NCBI GenBank assembly: GCA_963760795.1 | Contig: CAVXEP010000014.1 | Location: 1-64,000 of the forward strand | DNA: 64,000 bases | Reading direction: 5' to 3' | Origin: an uncultured delta proteobacterium | Lineage (GTDB): Bacteria > Desulfobacterota > Binatia > UBA9968 | In this document: positions 40,167-50,233 of the stretch, one piece after another | Numbering within the stretch: the first letter of the stretch is position 1 | Layout of the letters: each line of letters starts with the position of its first letter | The notes under the pieces: model-generated | The model's input: only the letters and a program-made list of their open reading frames with translations | What the model was told of the DNA's origin: nothing | Databases searched by the model: none | Program-made: the position numbers and the translations under genes

Positions 40167-41147
40167 ATGTTGAAAACCATCTTCGGCATAGCCGTTATCA
40201 TGGTGCTGTCGGTGGCAACTCACGTCGCCGCCCAGCCGATCAAGATGACCATCGGCCAGACCGGCATTAATCCCGGCACTGCGCCGTTTATCATTGCGCA
40301 GAAAGAAAACCTCTTCGCCAAGCATGGCCTGGAAGTGAAAATCATCGAGACGCAAACCACCGCGGCAGTGCAGGCGATGCTCGGCGGCAGCATGCAGTTC
40401 ACCATGGGCGCCGGCGCGGCATTTACCACCGCTACGTTGGAAGGCGCGCCGCCGTTCGTCAATGTCGCGTCCTGGATCAACGTCTTTCCCTATTATCTGG
40501 TCGCGCGCAAGGAGTTTGCCAAGGTCGCCGATCTCAAAGGCAAGCTCGGCCAGGTCGGTGGGCCGTTCGGCGCCGCGCCCGATGTCGCCATGCGTTTCGG
40601 TCTATCCAAGCTCGGCATCGATCCTGAGAAAGATGTGAAGTTCGTGCAGATGGGGCGGCCCGATTGGGCCAACGTGATCGTCCAACTTGAAAAAGGCGAT
40701 GTCCAGTTCTCCGTGCTACCGCCGCCCTTCGATCGTATCGCCGAGGCGCGCGGCATTCACAAACTCTACGCATTGCCGGACTTGGGCATTCAATGGCAGC
40801 AAAACGGCGAGTGGGTGCAAAAATCCTTTCTCGCCAGCAACCGCGATACGGTGGTGCGTGTCGAGCGCGCGCTGGCTGACGCGATGAAGTTCTATTTCAA
40901 TAATAAGGAGAAGACCATCGCTTATCTCGTCGACTTTCTCGGCACTAGCCGTGAGGACACCGAATACTCTTACAACGCCTACGCCAAATGGGCCGATAAA
41001 AATCCCCGGCCGAAACTGGATGCGATGAAAAACACCTTGCAGGCGATCAGCCGCACCACGCCCGCGGCATTGAAAGCCGATCCGGCGGCGTTTATCGATA
41101 CCACCATCATCGATCAGTTGCTCAAAGAAGGCTACTTTAAGTATTAG
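40167..41147 (+). CDS. ABC substrate-binding protein, NMT1/SsuA-like
   Basis: AAGGAGG RBS; LFAKHGLEV, DLKGK, GIDPEKDV, FIDTTII..L.KEGYF. Confidence 0.87.
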   Translation: MLKTIFGIAVIMVLSVATHVAAQPIKMTIGQTGINPGTAPFIIAQKENLFAKHGLEVKIIETQTTAAVQAMLGGSMQFTMGAGAAFTTATLEGAPPFVNVASWINVFPYYLVARKEFAKVADLKGKLGQVGGPFGAAPDVAMRFGLSKLGIDPEKDVKFVQMGRPDWANVIVQLEKGDVQFSVLPPPFDRIAEARGIHKLYALPDLGIQWQQNGEWVQKSFLASNRDTVVRVERALADAMKFYFNNKEKTIAYLVDFLGTSREDTEYSYNAYAKWADKNPRPKLDAMKNTLQAISRTTPAALKADPAAFIDTTIIDQLLKEGYFKY

Positions 41148-41259
41148 CCAAGCATGATGCATCCGCAGCGATGATCGGTCGCCGAACGATCTTGAACGGC
41201 GGCACCGCATCCGGCCGAAACCTCGCTCTCCGATCTCATCGGCAGAAAGGCCCGAGTGC

Positions 41260-42330
41260 ATGGGTAAAAAATCTATACCGCTCTTGGCAATCCTCTGCGC
41301 GGCTCTGCTGTATCACTCGCTCATGGCGAGCGCGCTTGCGCAGGAACCCTATTACAAAGGCAAGACGGTTCGCTTTCTCATCAACTTTTCCGCCGGCGGC
41401 CCGACCGATGTGTTCGGCCGCTTGATCGCTCGCTATTTTTCCAAGCATGTCGCCGGCAACCCCGCGGTCGTGGTGCAGAACATGAGCGGCGCCGGCGGCA
41501 TCATCGGCGCCAACTATGTTTATGAAATCGCCAAGCCCGACGGACTCACGGTGGGAGTCTTCTCGGGCATGTACCTGCCGCAAATCCTTGGCGGCGCCGG
41601 TGTGCGTTACGACCTCAATAAAATGCCGATCATCGCCGGCGCCGCCGAGACTTCGATCGTCTACATCCGTGCCGACACGGAGGTCAAAACTCCATCGGAC
41701 TTGCTCAAACCGGCAAAGCCGATCGTTCTCGGCGGCTTTACCAGGGAAAACAACAAGGATCTCGCGCTCCGGCTTGCCTTCGATCAACTGGGAGTTCCCT
41801 ACAAGTATGTCACCGGCTATGCCGGTGTCGCCGAACTCCGTATCGCAATTCAGCGTGGCGAGATCAATGTCACTTCCGAGAGTCTAACCGGATATAACAC
41901 CGGCGGCTCGCTCATGGTCAAAGAGGGCGTCGTCCTGCCGCTCTATCAAGAAGGCTTGCTCGGACCTGACGGCGATACGGTCGCCGACGCCCGCTCGGAC
42001 CTGCCGTCGTTCAAGGAATTTTATCGAAGAGTCAAAGGCAGCGATCCCAGCGGGCCGCTGGCCGAAGCCTACAAAATCTCCGGCGGCTCGCGCACCATGC
42101 TGCGCTTCATCACCATGCCGCCGAAAACCCCCGGCGAGTTATTGATGCTGGTGCGCAGGGCTTTTCGCGACATCTTTGCCGATCGGGAGTTTCGAGTGGA
42201 GTCCGATCGCTTGCTGCAGTTCCAGCTCTTGAGCTTTGTCGGTGAGGACGCGGAGCGTGTCAACGCCGCGGTGTTTCGCGCCGCCACCGGGCCGACCCGG
42301 GAAATCGTCAAAAAGATGGCGCGGCAATAG
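41260..42330 (+). CDS. Bug/TctC-family substrate-binding protein
   Basis: YYKGKTV...FSAGGPTD..GR; QNMSGAGG..GANY; KPDGLT. Confidence 0.87.
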   Translation: MGKKSIPLLAILCAALLYHSLMASALAQEPYYKGKTVRFLINFSAGGPTDVFGRLIARYFSKHVAGNPAVVVQNMSGAGGIIGANYVYEIAKPDGLTVGVFSGMYLPQILGGAGVRYDLNKMPIIAGAAETSIVYIRADTEVKTPSDLLKPAKPIVLGGFTRENNKDLALRLAFDQLGVPYKYVTGYAGVAELRIAIQRGEINVTSESLTGYNTGGSLMVKEGVVLPLYQEGLLGPDGDTVADARSDLPSFKEFYRRVKGSDPSGPLAEAYKISGGSRTMLRFITMPPKTPGELLMLVRRAFRDIFADREFRVESDRLLQFQLLSFVGEDAERVNAAVFRAATGPTREIVKKMARQ

Positions 42331-42351
42331 CCGGTAGCATGATTGGCTTCC

Positions 42352-42381
42352 TTGACATTCTTTCGCTTCGGGAAATATGAT
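42352..42381 (+). promoter_or_regulatory. sigma70-like promoter of the radical SAM gene
   Basis: TTGACA-N18-TATGAT; GGGAG RBS before ATG 42427. Confidence 0.55.
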
Positions 42382-42426
42382 CTAAGCGCAATCCGCGACA
42401 ATCCGAACCGCCACGGGAGTTGAAAA

Positions 42427-43821
42427 ATGGAAACGACCATCGAAGAAACCAACGCCAGGAAGTTAGACGAACTGGAAAACTATTTTCACAGCTACAATGA
42501 CCTGCCGCGGGAAATTATTTTGAAACACGACCTGCTCCGGGTCGGCCACTGGTTCACCGACGCCGCGCTGGAGTTGGCGTCCCAGGCTCTGGTGAAGTCT
42601 TACCGGTTGTTTTCCTACGACCTCATGGCGATGAAGGACATGAAGCGCAAGGAGCATCGCAAGACGCCCGAGTGGTTCACGATTCGGCGCGGCATGTACG
42701 GTCTCAGGCCGGTGAGCATTCAAACCTCGCTCGATTCAAACTCACCCTACGTCATCGACGTCGTCGACGGCCAGCCGAAGCTGTTACTCAACGGCAAAGA
42801 GATCTGCGAGGTCCATTTTCCCAAGCCGATGAAATACTACACGCGCAAGTTCGACGACGGCACGGCATATCACGAGATCATCGCCTTCGGCTATTTCGTC
42901 ACGGTGTTTCGCAATTGCCAGTACTGGGGCCCCGATGAAGAATGCCGCTTCTGCGACATCAATATCAACGCGCGCCAGATGAAGGAGTCGAAGGATTTCA
43001 CCTTCGACGCGCCGGTGAAGCCGGTCAAGTACATGGTCGAAGTCGCCCGTTCCATCGAACAAGACGCCACCGAGGAAGTCGGCTTCACCCCGCCGATGGA
43101 TTTTCTCATCACCGGCGGAACGATTTTGAAAACGCTGCACGGCAAGAACGAGCTCGACTTCTATTCCGAATATGTCTCGGCGCTCAAGTGGGGCGGCCGG
43201 CGGCGCTTCGTCAATCTGCAAACCAACGCCCAAGACAAAGACACCATGAAGCACTACCGCGCCGCCGGCGTGGACTGCCATCATTCGAACATGGAGGTGT
43301 GGGAAAAGCGCTTGTTCGAATGGATCAATCCCGGCAAAAACCGCCGGGTCGGCTGGGACGGCTGGGTGAGAAGCATGATCGACGAAGTCGATATATTCGG
43401 CGAAGGCAACGTGCGGCCGAATTTCGTCGGCGGTGTCGAGATGGCGAAACCGTACGGCTTCGAAACCGTCGCCGAAGCGGTCAAGTCGACTTCCGACGGC
43501 GTCGATTTCATGATGAGCCACGGCATCATCCCGCGCTTCAACCAATGGCGCCGCGAGCCGGGCTCCAACCTGGGCTCCCAGTGGAACCAACCGCCGATCC
43601 CGCTGGAATATTATCTTCAACTCATGGGCAACTATTACAACAGCTGGAAGAAATACAATTTACCGATGCCGCGACGCGAATGCGTCCATCCCGAACGGCG
43701 CATCGGCTCCGGCCATGGCACCTACGACGACATTCTTTTGTTGAACGAACTGCCGGACTACGAAGAGGCCTGGGACCGCGGCTACAACGAAGGGCTCAAG
43801 GGCTGCGTGACGAGACACTAA
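42427..43821 (+). CDS. radical SAM protein with atypical CX8CX2C motif
   Basis: 464 aa; CQYWGPDEECRFC; ITGG; NMEVW..LFEWINPGK; NFVGGVE. Confidence 0.8.
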   Translation: METTIEETNARKLDELENYFHSYNDLPREIILKHDLLRVGHWFTDAALELASQALVKSYRLFSYDLMAMKDMKRKEHRKTPEWFTIRRGMYGLRPVSIQTSLDSNSPYVIDVVDGQPKLLLNGKEICEVHFPKPMKYYTRKFDDGTAYHEIIAFGYFVTVFRNCQYWGPDEECRFCDININARQMKESKDFTFDAPVKPVKYMVEVARSIEQDATEEVGFTPPMDFLITGGTILKTLHGKNELDFYSEYVSALKWGGRRRFVNLQTNAQDKDTMKHYRAAGVDCHHSNMEVWEKRLFEWINPGKNRRVGWDGWVRSMIDEVDIFGEGNVRPNFVGGVEMAKPYGFETVAEAVKSTSDGVDFMMSHGIIPRFNQWRREPGSNLGSQWNQPPIPLEYYLQLMGNYYNSWKKYNLPMPRRECVHPERRIGSGHGTYDDILLLNELPDYEEAWDRGYNEGLKGCVTRH

Positions 43822-43827
43822 AAACCG

Positions 43828-43950
43828 GTTCCAAGGGTTCCAATAGTTCCACGGGTTCCAACCGTGTAACGCAATCCGATCCTCTCGCCCGCTCTGCGAG
43901 AGAGGGTTAGGGTACCCTGAAACTATTGGAACGACTGCAACCCGTGGAAC
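43828..43950. repeat. composite element: 9-mer x4, CCCTC/GAGAGGG hairpin, inverted 9-mer x4
   Basis: GTTCCAAGG GTTCCAATA GTTCCACGG GTTCCAACC ... CCTCTCGCCCGCTCTGCGAGAGAGGG ... CCCTGAAAC TATTGGAAC GACTGCAAC CCGTGGAAC. Confidence 0.7.
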
Positions 43951-43969
43951 AGTTTCGAATGAGGAAAGA

Positions 43970-45374
43970 ATGATCGGCACTGGCACCTTAACCAAGCAAA
44001 TCGCCGGCTATCTGGCGCGCACCGGCTTCGACGCGCTCGATGACGCTGCGCTGCGCGCGACCAAGGAGCATATCCTTTACACCCTCGGGACGATTCTCGC
44101 CGGCTCCAGCGCGCCGGGAATAAAGCAGGCGCTGGCCGGCGCGATTACACTGAGCGGCGGCGCCAATGAAAGTTCGGTGCTCGTCACTGGTGAGAAACTG
44201 CCGGCGGCTTCGGCGGCGCTGGTTAACGCCGCCATGGGCCATAGCCGCGAGCTCGACATCAACGACGACCGCATCGCCTACAAATCCAGCGTTACCGTCA
44301 TCCCGGCGGCCCTCGCATTGGCGGAGAAAACCGGCAATGTTTCCGGCAAAGATTTCCTTACCGCTGTATGCCTCGGCGTCGACTTAGGCATCCGTCTCGG
44401 CTTGGCGACCAATCCGAAACCTGTGCATGCCCGCGCCATCGCCCTCGGTCCATTCGCCGCCGCGGCAGGCTGCGGGAAAATTCTCAAACTGGACGAAGAC
44501 GGCATGCACAATGCGCTCGGCATCGCCTTCTGCCGATCCACCGTCGCCGGCAATAGCACCGTCGCGCCGTCGCTGACCAAACGGCTTGGCGTCGGCTTCG
44601 CCTCCCAGAGCGGCGTGGTCGCGGCAACTCTCGCTTCGGTCGGCTATCCAGCCGCCGGCGAAGTTTTGCAAGGCGCGGCCGGTTTCTTCCAGACTTTTTA
44701 TCAGCAAGAGGGCGACTATGCGCAGCTGCTCGATCAATTGGGTAGCCGCTTCGAAATCGTTCTGGTCGGTCCGAAGCCATTTCCCTCTTGCCGTTACACC
44801 CACTGCGCCGTCACCGGCGTCTTGGACCTCGTGCGCAAGCATGGGATCAAGGCCCGCGATATCCAGGAAGTCGGCGTGCAGATCGGCGAACGCGACATGC
44901 GCTCGGTGGGCGGTTGGACCGACGATGAGAAGAAAAAGAAACACCGCCCTGAAGGCGTGGTTGACGCACAGTTCAGCATTCCCTACACCGTCGCCGCCAC
45001 CCTCGTCAGCGGCGGGCTGTCGCTGGAAGAATTCACCGATGCGAGAATTCGCAGCGAAGAAATTCTCGATCTCGCCGCTAGAGTGAAAACCATTCTCACC
45101 CCGGAGTTCGACAAAGGCCCGATGGATGTAAAACCGCAAGTCGTCGAGATCGTCATGCGCGACGGCAAAGTATTCACGGCAAAAGTAATCTATCCGAAGG
45201 GCAACCCGAACAATCCCGGTGACATCGGATGAACTCGTCAACGCCTTCCGCGGCATGGCGAGCTACGCGGCAAAGCCGTTGGGCGGCGCGAAGATCGACG
45301 AAGCCATCGAGCTGGCGCTGCGGTTGGAAGAAGTGGACGATGTCGCGCTGCTCGCGAAATTGCTGACGGCCTAG
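43970..45374 (+). CDS. MmgE/PrpD family protein (frameshift about 45215)
   Basis: A.LVN..MGH..ELD, KPFPSCRYTH, AQFSIPY, PKGNP.NP; C-terminus continues in another frame to TAG 45372-45374. Confidence 0.88.
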
Positions 45375-45414
45375 GCAATGCCGACAGAATCGTTCGGTCA
45401 GCAATCTTACTTCT

Positions 45415-45495
45415 TCACCCTCTCCCGCTGGGAGGGCAGGGTGAGGGCTCTTGTCGCGCACGCCCTCACCTCAGTCCTCTCCCAGAGGGAGAGGA
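45415..45495. repeat. paired CCCTCACC/GGGAGAGG REP-like elements
   Basis: CCCTCTCCCGCTGGGAGGGCAGGGTGAGGG ... CCCTCACCTCAGTCCTCTCCCAGAGGGAGAGG; family also at about 46640, 56363, 56435, 60083, 62620, 63878. Confidence 0.7.
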
Positions 45496-45501
45496 AGTAA
45501 G

Positions 45502-46596
45502 ATGCCGACCATGAAATTCAACAAATCAACTAGTGTCTTCTGGTTCATTGCATTACTGGCATCGGCGTCAACGGAAATCACTTTCGCCGCCGAGCCTTTC
45601 TACCAAGGCAAAACTCTCCGGGTCATCGTCGCTTCGGCATCCGGCGGCGGCAGCGACATCGTCGCGCGCTTGATGATGCGTCATTTGCCGCGCCATATTC
45701 CCGGCAGTCCGACCGTCATCGTCGAAAATATGCCCGGCGCCGGCGAGATCGTCGGCACCAACTATGTTTATGGCAAAGCCAAGGCGGATGGGCTCACCGC
45801 TCTGTTCGCCACCGGTACACCGATCAATCAGTTGATCGAACTACCCGGTATCGAATTTGACGTGACGAAAATGCCGATCATCGGCGGCAGCTCCGAATCC
45901 GTCGCCGCCTTCGTGCGCAGCGACAAGACCGGCGTCAAATCGGCGCGCGATCTGTTGAACCCGAAAGGCGCCATCGTCATTGGCGGCTCCGGCTACGGTT
46001 CGATCAAGGATGTGTCGATGCTGGCGGCGATGAACCTGCTCGGCGTAAAAAGTCCGACTTACGTCACCGGCTACGGCAGCGCCGGCCCAATCCGTCTCGC
46101 CTACGAGCGCGGCGAAGTGAATTTCACCCAAGAAACCGCCGTCGGGATATCGCGCTCGGTGATGCCCTGGGTGCGTGAAGGCTGGACGTCCATGCTCTAC
46201 CAGGTCGGTTTTCTCGACGCCAAAGGCAACGTCGCCAAAGATCCAGTCTGGAAAGAGCTCGGCATCAACGCGCCGTCCATCGCCGAAGTCTACCGGACGA
46301 TTTACGGCCGGGATGCCGCGGGTCCCGCGTGGGAAGCGGAGAAGGCTTTGATCGGCGGCTACTCGCTGACACGGATGATGGCGGTGGCGCCCAAGACTTC
46401 CCCAGCATTAGTCACCGAGCTGCGCAAAGCGTTCCTCGCCATGGGCCAGGACCAAACCTTCTTGACGGAATGGAACAAGAGCCAAGGATCGCCGCCGCGC
46501 CTGGTGCCCGGCGAGGAAGCCGGCACGATCGCCGCGTCGATTCTGAAAGCACCGAGAGAAGCGGTGAATATTTTGAAAAAACTCTCGGCGCCGTAA
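45502..46596 (+). CDS. Bug/TctC-family substrate-binding protein
   Basis: FYQGKTL....GGG.D..AR; IPGSP..IVENMPGAG; DGLT. Confidence 0.87.
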   Translation: MPTMKFNKSTSVFWFIALLASASTEITFAAEPFYQGKTLRVIVASASGGGSDIVARLMMRHLPRHIPGSPTVIVENMPGAGEIVGTNYVYGKAKADGLTALFATGTPINQLIELPGIEFDVTKMPIIGGSSESVAAFVRSDKTGVKSARDLLNPKGAIVIGGSGYGSIKDVSMLAAMNLLGVKSPTYVTGYGSAGPIRLAYERGEVNFTQETAVGISRSVMPWVREGWTSMLYQVGFLDAKGNVAKDPVWKELGINAPSIAEVYRTIYGRDAAGPAWEAEKALIGGYSLTRMMAVAPKTSPALVTELRKAFLAMGQDQTFLTEWNKSQGSPPRLVPGEEAGTIAASILKAPREAVNILKKLSAP

Positions 46597-46609
46597 ATTA
46601 TGAAAGCCC

Positions 46610-46710
46610 GTTCCAATCGTTGAACTCCGAGTCCGAGTTCCCTCGCCCTTTGGAGAGGGTTAGAGTGAGGACGCCACTGGAACCGTTGGAACAGCTGGAA
46701 CGATTGGAAC
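46610..46710. repeat. composite 9-mer/hairpin element
   Basis: GTTCCAATC ... CCCTCGCCCTTTGGAGAGGG ... CACTGGAAC CGTTGGAAC AGCTGGAAC GATTGGAAC. Confidence 0.7.
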
Positions 46711-46729
46711 CTGTTCATTTATTAAAATC

Positions 46730-47705
46730 ATGACCAAACTCGCCACGCTAACATTTACAGTCTTGCTCCTTCTTACTCGCCCGGTTGCCGCCGCCGACAA
46801 ATTGCGCATCGGCTACGGCGCGCCGTCGGTGGCGATGTCGGTGCTGTGGATCACCAAAGAAGGAAGAGTTTTCGAGAAAAACGGCCTCGACGTCGAAGTG
46901 CTTTATCTTGAAAGCGCCTTGGTGCAGCGCGCTCTGATCGCCGGCAACATCGCCTTTGGCGAAATGACCGGCTCGTTGATGTCGGCGCCGAAGCTGCAAG
47001 GCGCCGATCTGGTCATGGTCGCGGGCTTTCTCAACAAGCTGCTGTACCGGCTGATCGCCCGTCCGGAAATCAGCTTCGCCCACCGACCTGAAAGGCAAAC
47101 GAGTCGGCGTGTCGCGCTTCGGCGCCGGCGCTGACCGGGCCACGCGCTTACTAATAACCAAGCTCGGCTTAAATCCGGAAAAGGATTTGACCTTGCTCCA
47201 AGTCGGCGGCGCGCCGACGCGCCTGGCCGCGTTAATCGCCAACAGCATCGACGCCACCATCGTCGAACCGCCGGATCATAAGAAAGCCCAGGAAGCCGGC
47301 ATGCGCCTGCTCGCCAACATGGAAGAGATGAACATTCCCTTCCAGCATACCGGCCTGGTGACGACGCGGGCCCAGCTGGCGAAATCGCCGGATGTTTCCC
47401 GGCGCGTGGTCAAATCCTTTGTCGAAGGCATTCATCTGGCCATGACCAACGCCGAAGTTTCCAAGCAAGCCTTTCGCCGCTACATCCGCTTGCAGCAGGA
47501 TCGCGAACAGGAAGAGTCGCTTGAGGTCCTGCGCAGTTTCCTGCCGCGCAAACCCTACCCGTCGATCGAAGGATTCAAAGCCGTCTTCGCCGAACTCGCC
47601 GAGCAAATTCCAGCGGCAAGAACCGCCGACCCCAAAGACTTCATCGACACGAGATTTTTGGAAGAGCTCGACCGCAGCGGTTACATCGACGGACTGTATA
47701 GGTAG
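46730..47705 (+). CDS. ABC substrate-binding protein, NMT1/SsuA-like (frameshift about 47080)
   Basis: FEKNGLDVE in the first frame; DLKGKRVGVSRFG, GLNPEKD, LDRSGYID in the second. Confidence 0.85.
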
Positions 47706-47715
47706 GCGGAAGGAG

Positions 47716-47993
47716 TTTTCACCACGAAGGAGGCAGCGCGGCAGACCCACAACCCAAAAAGCCACCGGGATTGCACCACAGAGGCGCGGTGTTCACAGAG
47801 CGCGGAATGTATCTTCATCAAGTACTCTGCGTCCTCGGCGTTTCTGCGGTGTGTCTTACCAACTTCGTGCCCCCGCATCGCTGGTAAGTCGCATTCGATC
47901 GATGCGGTTCGCCGACTCACCACATTCTACGGGTTCTGCCATTTTGATTTTCCGTGGATGTGCGTAAGCACATGAAACACTTCGTGGTGAATA
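47716..47993. repeat. MITE-like nested inverted-repeat element
   Basis: terminal IR TTCACCACGAAG / CTTCGTGGTGAA enclosing CACCACAGAGGCGC..CAGAG / CTCTGCGTCCTC..TCTGCGGTG. Confidence 0.55.
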
Positions 47994-48046
47994 CTCATTC
48001 ACACAAACCCCGGAAAGACCGTTAAGAGCCATTTGGAGGTTTCATC

Positions 48047-49141
48047 ATGATCTACCTCAGTAACCAAGACATCGCCAAACTCTTGACCGCGAAAGACTGC
48101 ATCGACGCTCTTGATGACGCGTTTCACGCGCTCGCGCGCGGCCAAGCGGTGTCGCGGCCGCGCACCGATGTCTGGATTCCTTGCGGGCGCGACGACGGCT
48201 ACTACCGCTGGGGCAGCATGGAAGGCGCCATCGAACCCTGGGGGATTTTTTGCACGCGCATGAAGTCCGATATCGTCACCTGGACGGCGCAAGGCACGGA
48301 CGAACTGCACTGCGTCGAGCCCGGCACCTTCAGCGGCTTTTTGATGTTGTTCAGCACGCGCAACGGCGCGCCGCTGGCGATGATGAACGATGGCATCCTG
48401 CATCACCTGCGCGTCGCCGCCGGCGCCGCGCTCGGGCTGCGCTACCTCGCCCGCGAAGATTCCTCGGTGATCGGCATGCTCGGCTCCGGCGGCATGGCAC
48501 GCGCCTACCTGCCGGCCTTTTGTGCCGTGCGAAATATAACCAAAGTAAAAGTTTACAGTCCGACCCGAGCGCACCGTGAAAGCTTCGCCGATGAGATGAC
48601 GAAAGAGTTAGGTATCCCGGTCGAACCGTTCGATCGCGCCGAACCGGTGCTGCGCGGTTCGGACATTGTCGCCACGTGCACGGACTCGAACAAGCTCGTC
48701 GTCACCGATCCGAACCTGATCGAAAAAGGCATGCACCTGGCGAATTGCAGCTCGAAAGAATTCAGCTGGGACATCGTCAAGCGCTGTGACATCGTCATCC
48801 AAGTCGGTACGGAAACCTTCGGCGCCAAAGGCGGCATGGCGGAGTCCGAGCGCCATCATGGTTGGGCCTCTTGGGTGGTCGGCAGCGCCGAACAGCAAGC
48901 GCGTATCCCCAAGCGGCCGGTGAGCAATCTCGACTTCGTCAACTATCCCGCGCTCACCGATCTATTGAACGATCCGGCTAAACGGCGCAGCTCGGCCGAA
49001 CAGATCACTTTCTTTCACAACCTGGGCTTGCTCGGCTTTCAGTTTGCCGCCGTGGCAGCCAAGGCGTACAACTTAGCCCGTGAAAAAGGCGTCGGTTTAG
49101 CAATGTCTACCGATCCGTTGTTGCAAGATATTCGCGATTAA
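48047..49141 (+). CDS. ornithine cyclodeaminase/mu-crystallin family protein
   Basis: G.PLAMMND..L...RVAA..ALG; Rossmann GSGGMA; DIV.TCT.S; R.SAEQITFF. Confidence 0.85.
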   Translation: MIYLSNQDIAKLLTAKDCIDALDDAFHALARGQAVSRPRTDVWIPCGRDDGYYRWGSMEGAIEPWGIFCTRMKSDIVTWTAQGTDELHCVEPGTFSGFLMLFSTRNGAPLAMMNDGILHHLRVAAGAALGLRYLAREDSSVIGMLGSGGMARAYLPAFCAVRNITKVKVYSPTRAHRESFADEMTKELGIPVEPFDRAEPVLRGSDIVATCTDSNKLVVTDPNLIEKGMHLANCSSKEFSWDIVKRCDIVIQVGTETFGAKGGMAESERHHGWASWVVGSAEQQARIPKRPVSNLDFVNYPALTDLLNDPAKRRSSAEQITFFHNLGLLGFQFAAVAAKAYNLAREKGVGLAMSTDPLLQDIRD

Positions 49142-49187
49142 GAAAGCCAATTTTGCCATGCTACAGCTCACAAGTTTGGAGGTTTCC

Positions 49188-50217
49188 ATGAAGCGCGTCG
49201 CCCTGGCACTGTTTTTTCTTTTGCTCTCGACGGTTCATCTTCACGCCCAAGCGCCATTCTATCAGGGCCAGACGGTGCGCATTATCGTCGGCTATCTGGC
49301 CGGCGACGCCTACGATCTTTGGGCGAGAATCTTCGCGCAATACATGGGCAAGTACATGCCGGGCAATCCCAGCTTCATCGTTCAGAACATGACCGGCGGC
49401 GGCGGCTTGATCGCCGCCAACTACGTTTATGGCGTCGCCAAACCGGACGGCCTGACTCTTGGCGCCCTCGGTCCGTGGATCTATTTCGATCAACTCGCGG
49501 GGCGCAAAGAAGTTCAATTCGATTGGTCGAAGTTCACCTGGATCGGCACGCCGGAACAAACCGACTCGATCCTAGTCATGAGAATGGATAGTCCATACAA
49601 ATCTATCGAAGCTATCCGCAAAGCCGCCGAGCCGCCCAAGTGCGGCGCGCCGGGAACCAGCACGACCAGTTACTACGTCCCCAAGTTTTTGGAGGAAAAC
49701 ATTGGATCGAAATTTAACATCGTCACTGGCTATCCCGGCGGCAACGAAGTGGACCTCGCCATCGAACGCGGCGAGCTGCACTGCCGTACCATGACGATCA
49801 GCACTTACTTTGCCCGGGAGCCTTACCTCACCTGGCACAAAAACGGATTCGTCCGACCGACTCATGCAAACGCCAAAAAAGCGCGACGGGCGCATTCCCG
49901 ATGTCCAGACCATTCACGAAGTCATGGATCAATACAAAGTTTCCGAGGCCGGTCGCCGTCTTGCCACTGTCCTGCTCGCGCCCGCCGTCTTCGGCCGGCC
50001 CATGGTAGCCGCCCCCGGCGTGCCGCCGGCGAGAGTAAAAATCCTGCGCGATGCCTATCATCGATCGCTCAAAGACCCTGGGCTGCTGGAGGAACTGAAA
50101 AAGCGCCGCTGGGTCGTCGATGCCATCGGCGGCGAGGAGATGGCGGCTTTGGCAAAAGAAGTTATTGCCCAGCCGCCGGAGATCATCGAACGCATGAAAA
50201 AATTGTTGGGCAGTTGA
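49188..50217 (+). CDS. Bug/TctC-family substrate-binding protein (frameshift about 49858)
   Basis: GGAGG RBS; FYQGQTVRIIVGY, QNMTGGGG..AANY, GYPGG.E..LAIERGE, FGRP...PPGVP. Confidence 0.87.
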
Positions 50218-50233
50218 TTTAACCCGGCAACTA

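Noticed and set aside
42330-43970. RiPP cluster around the radical SAM gene
   Set aside because: No precursor ORF, SPASM/RRE features, peptidase or exporter adjacent
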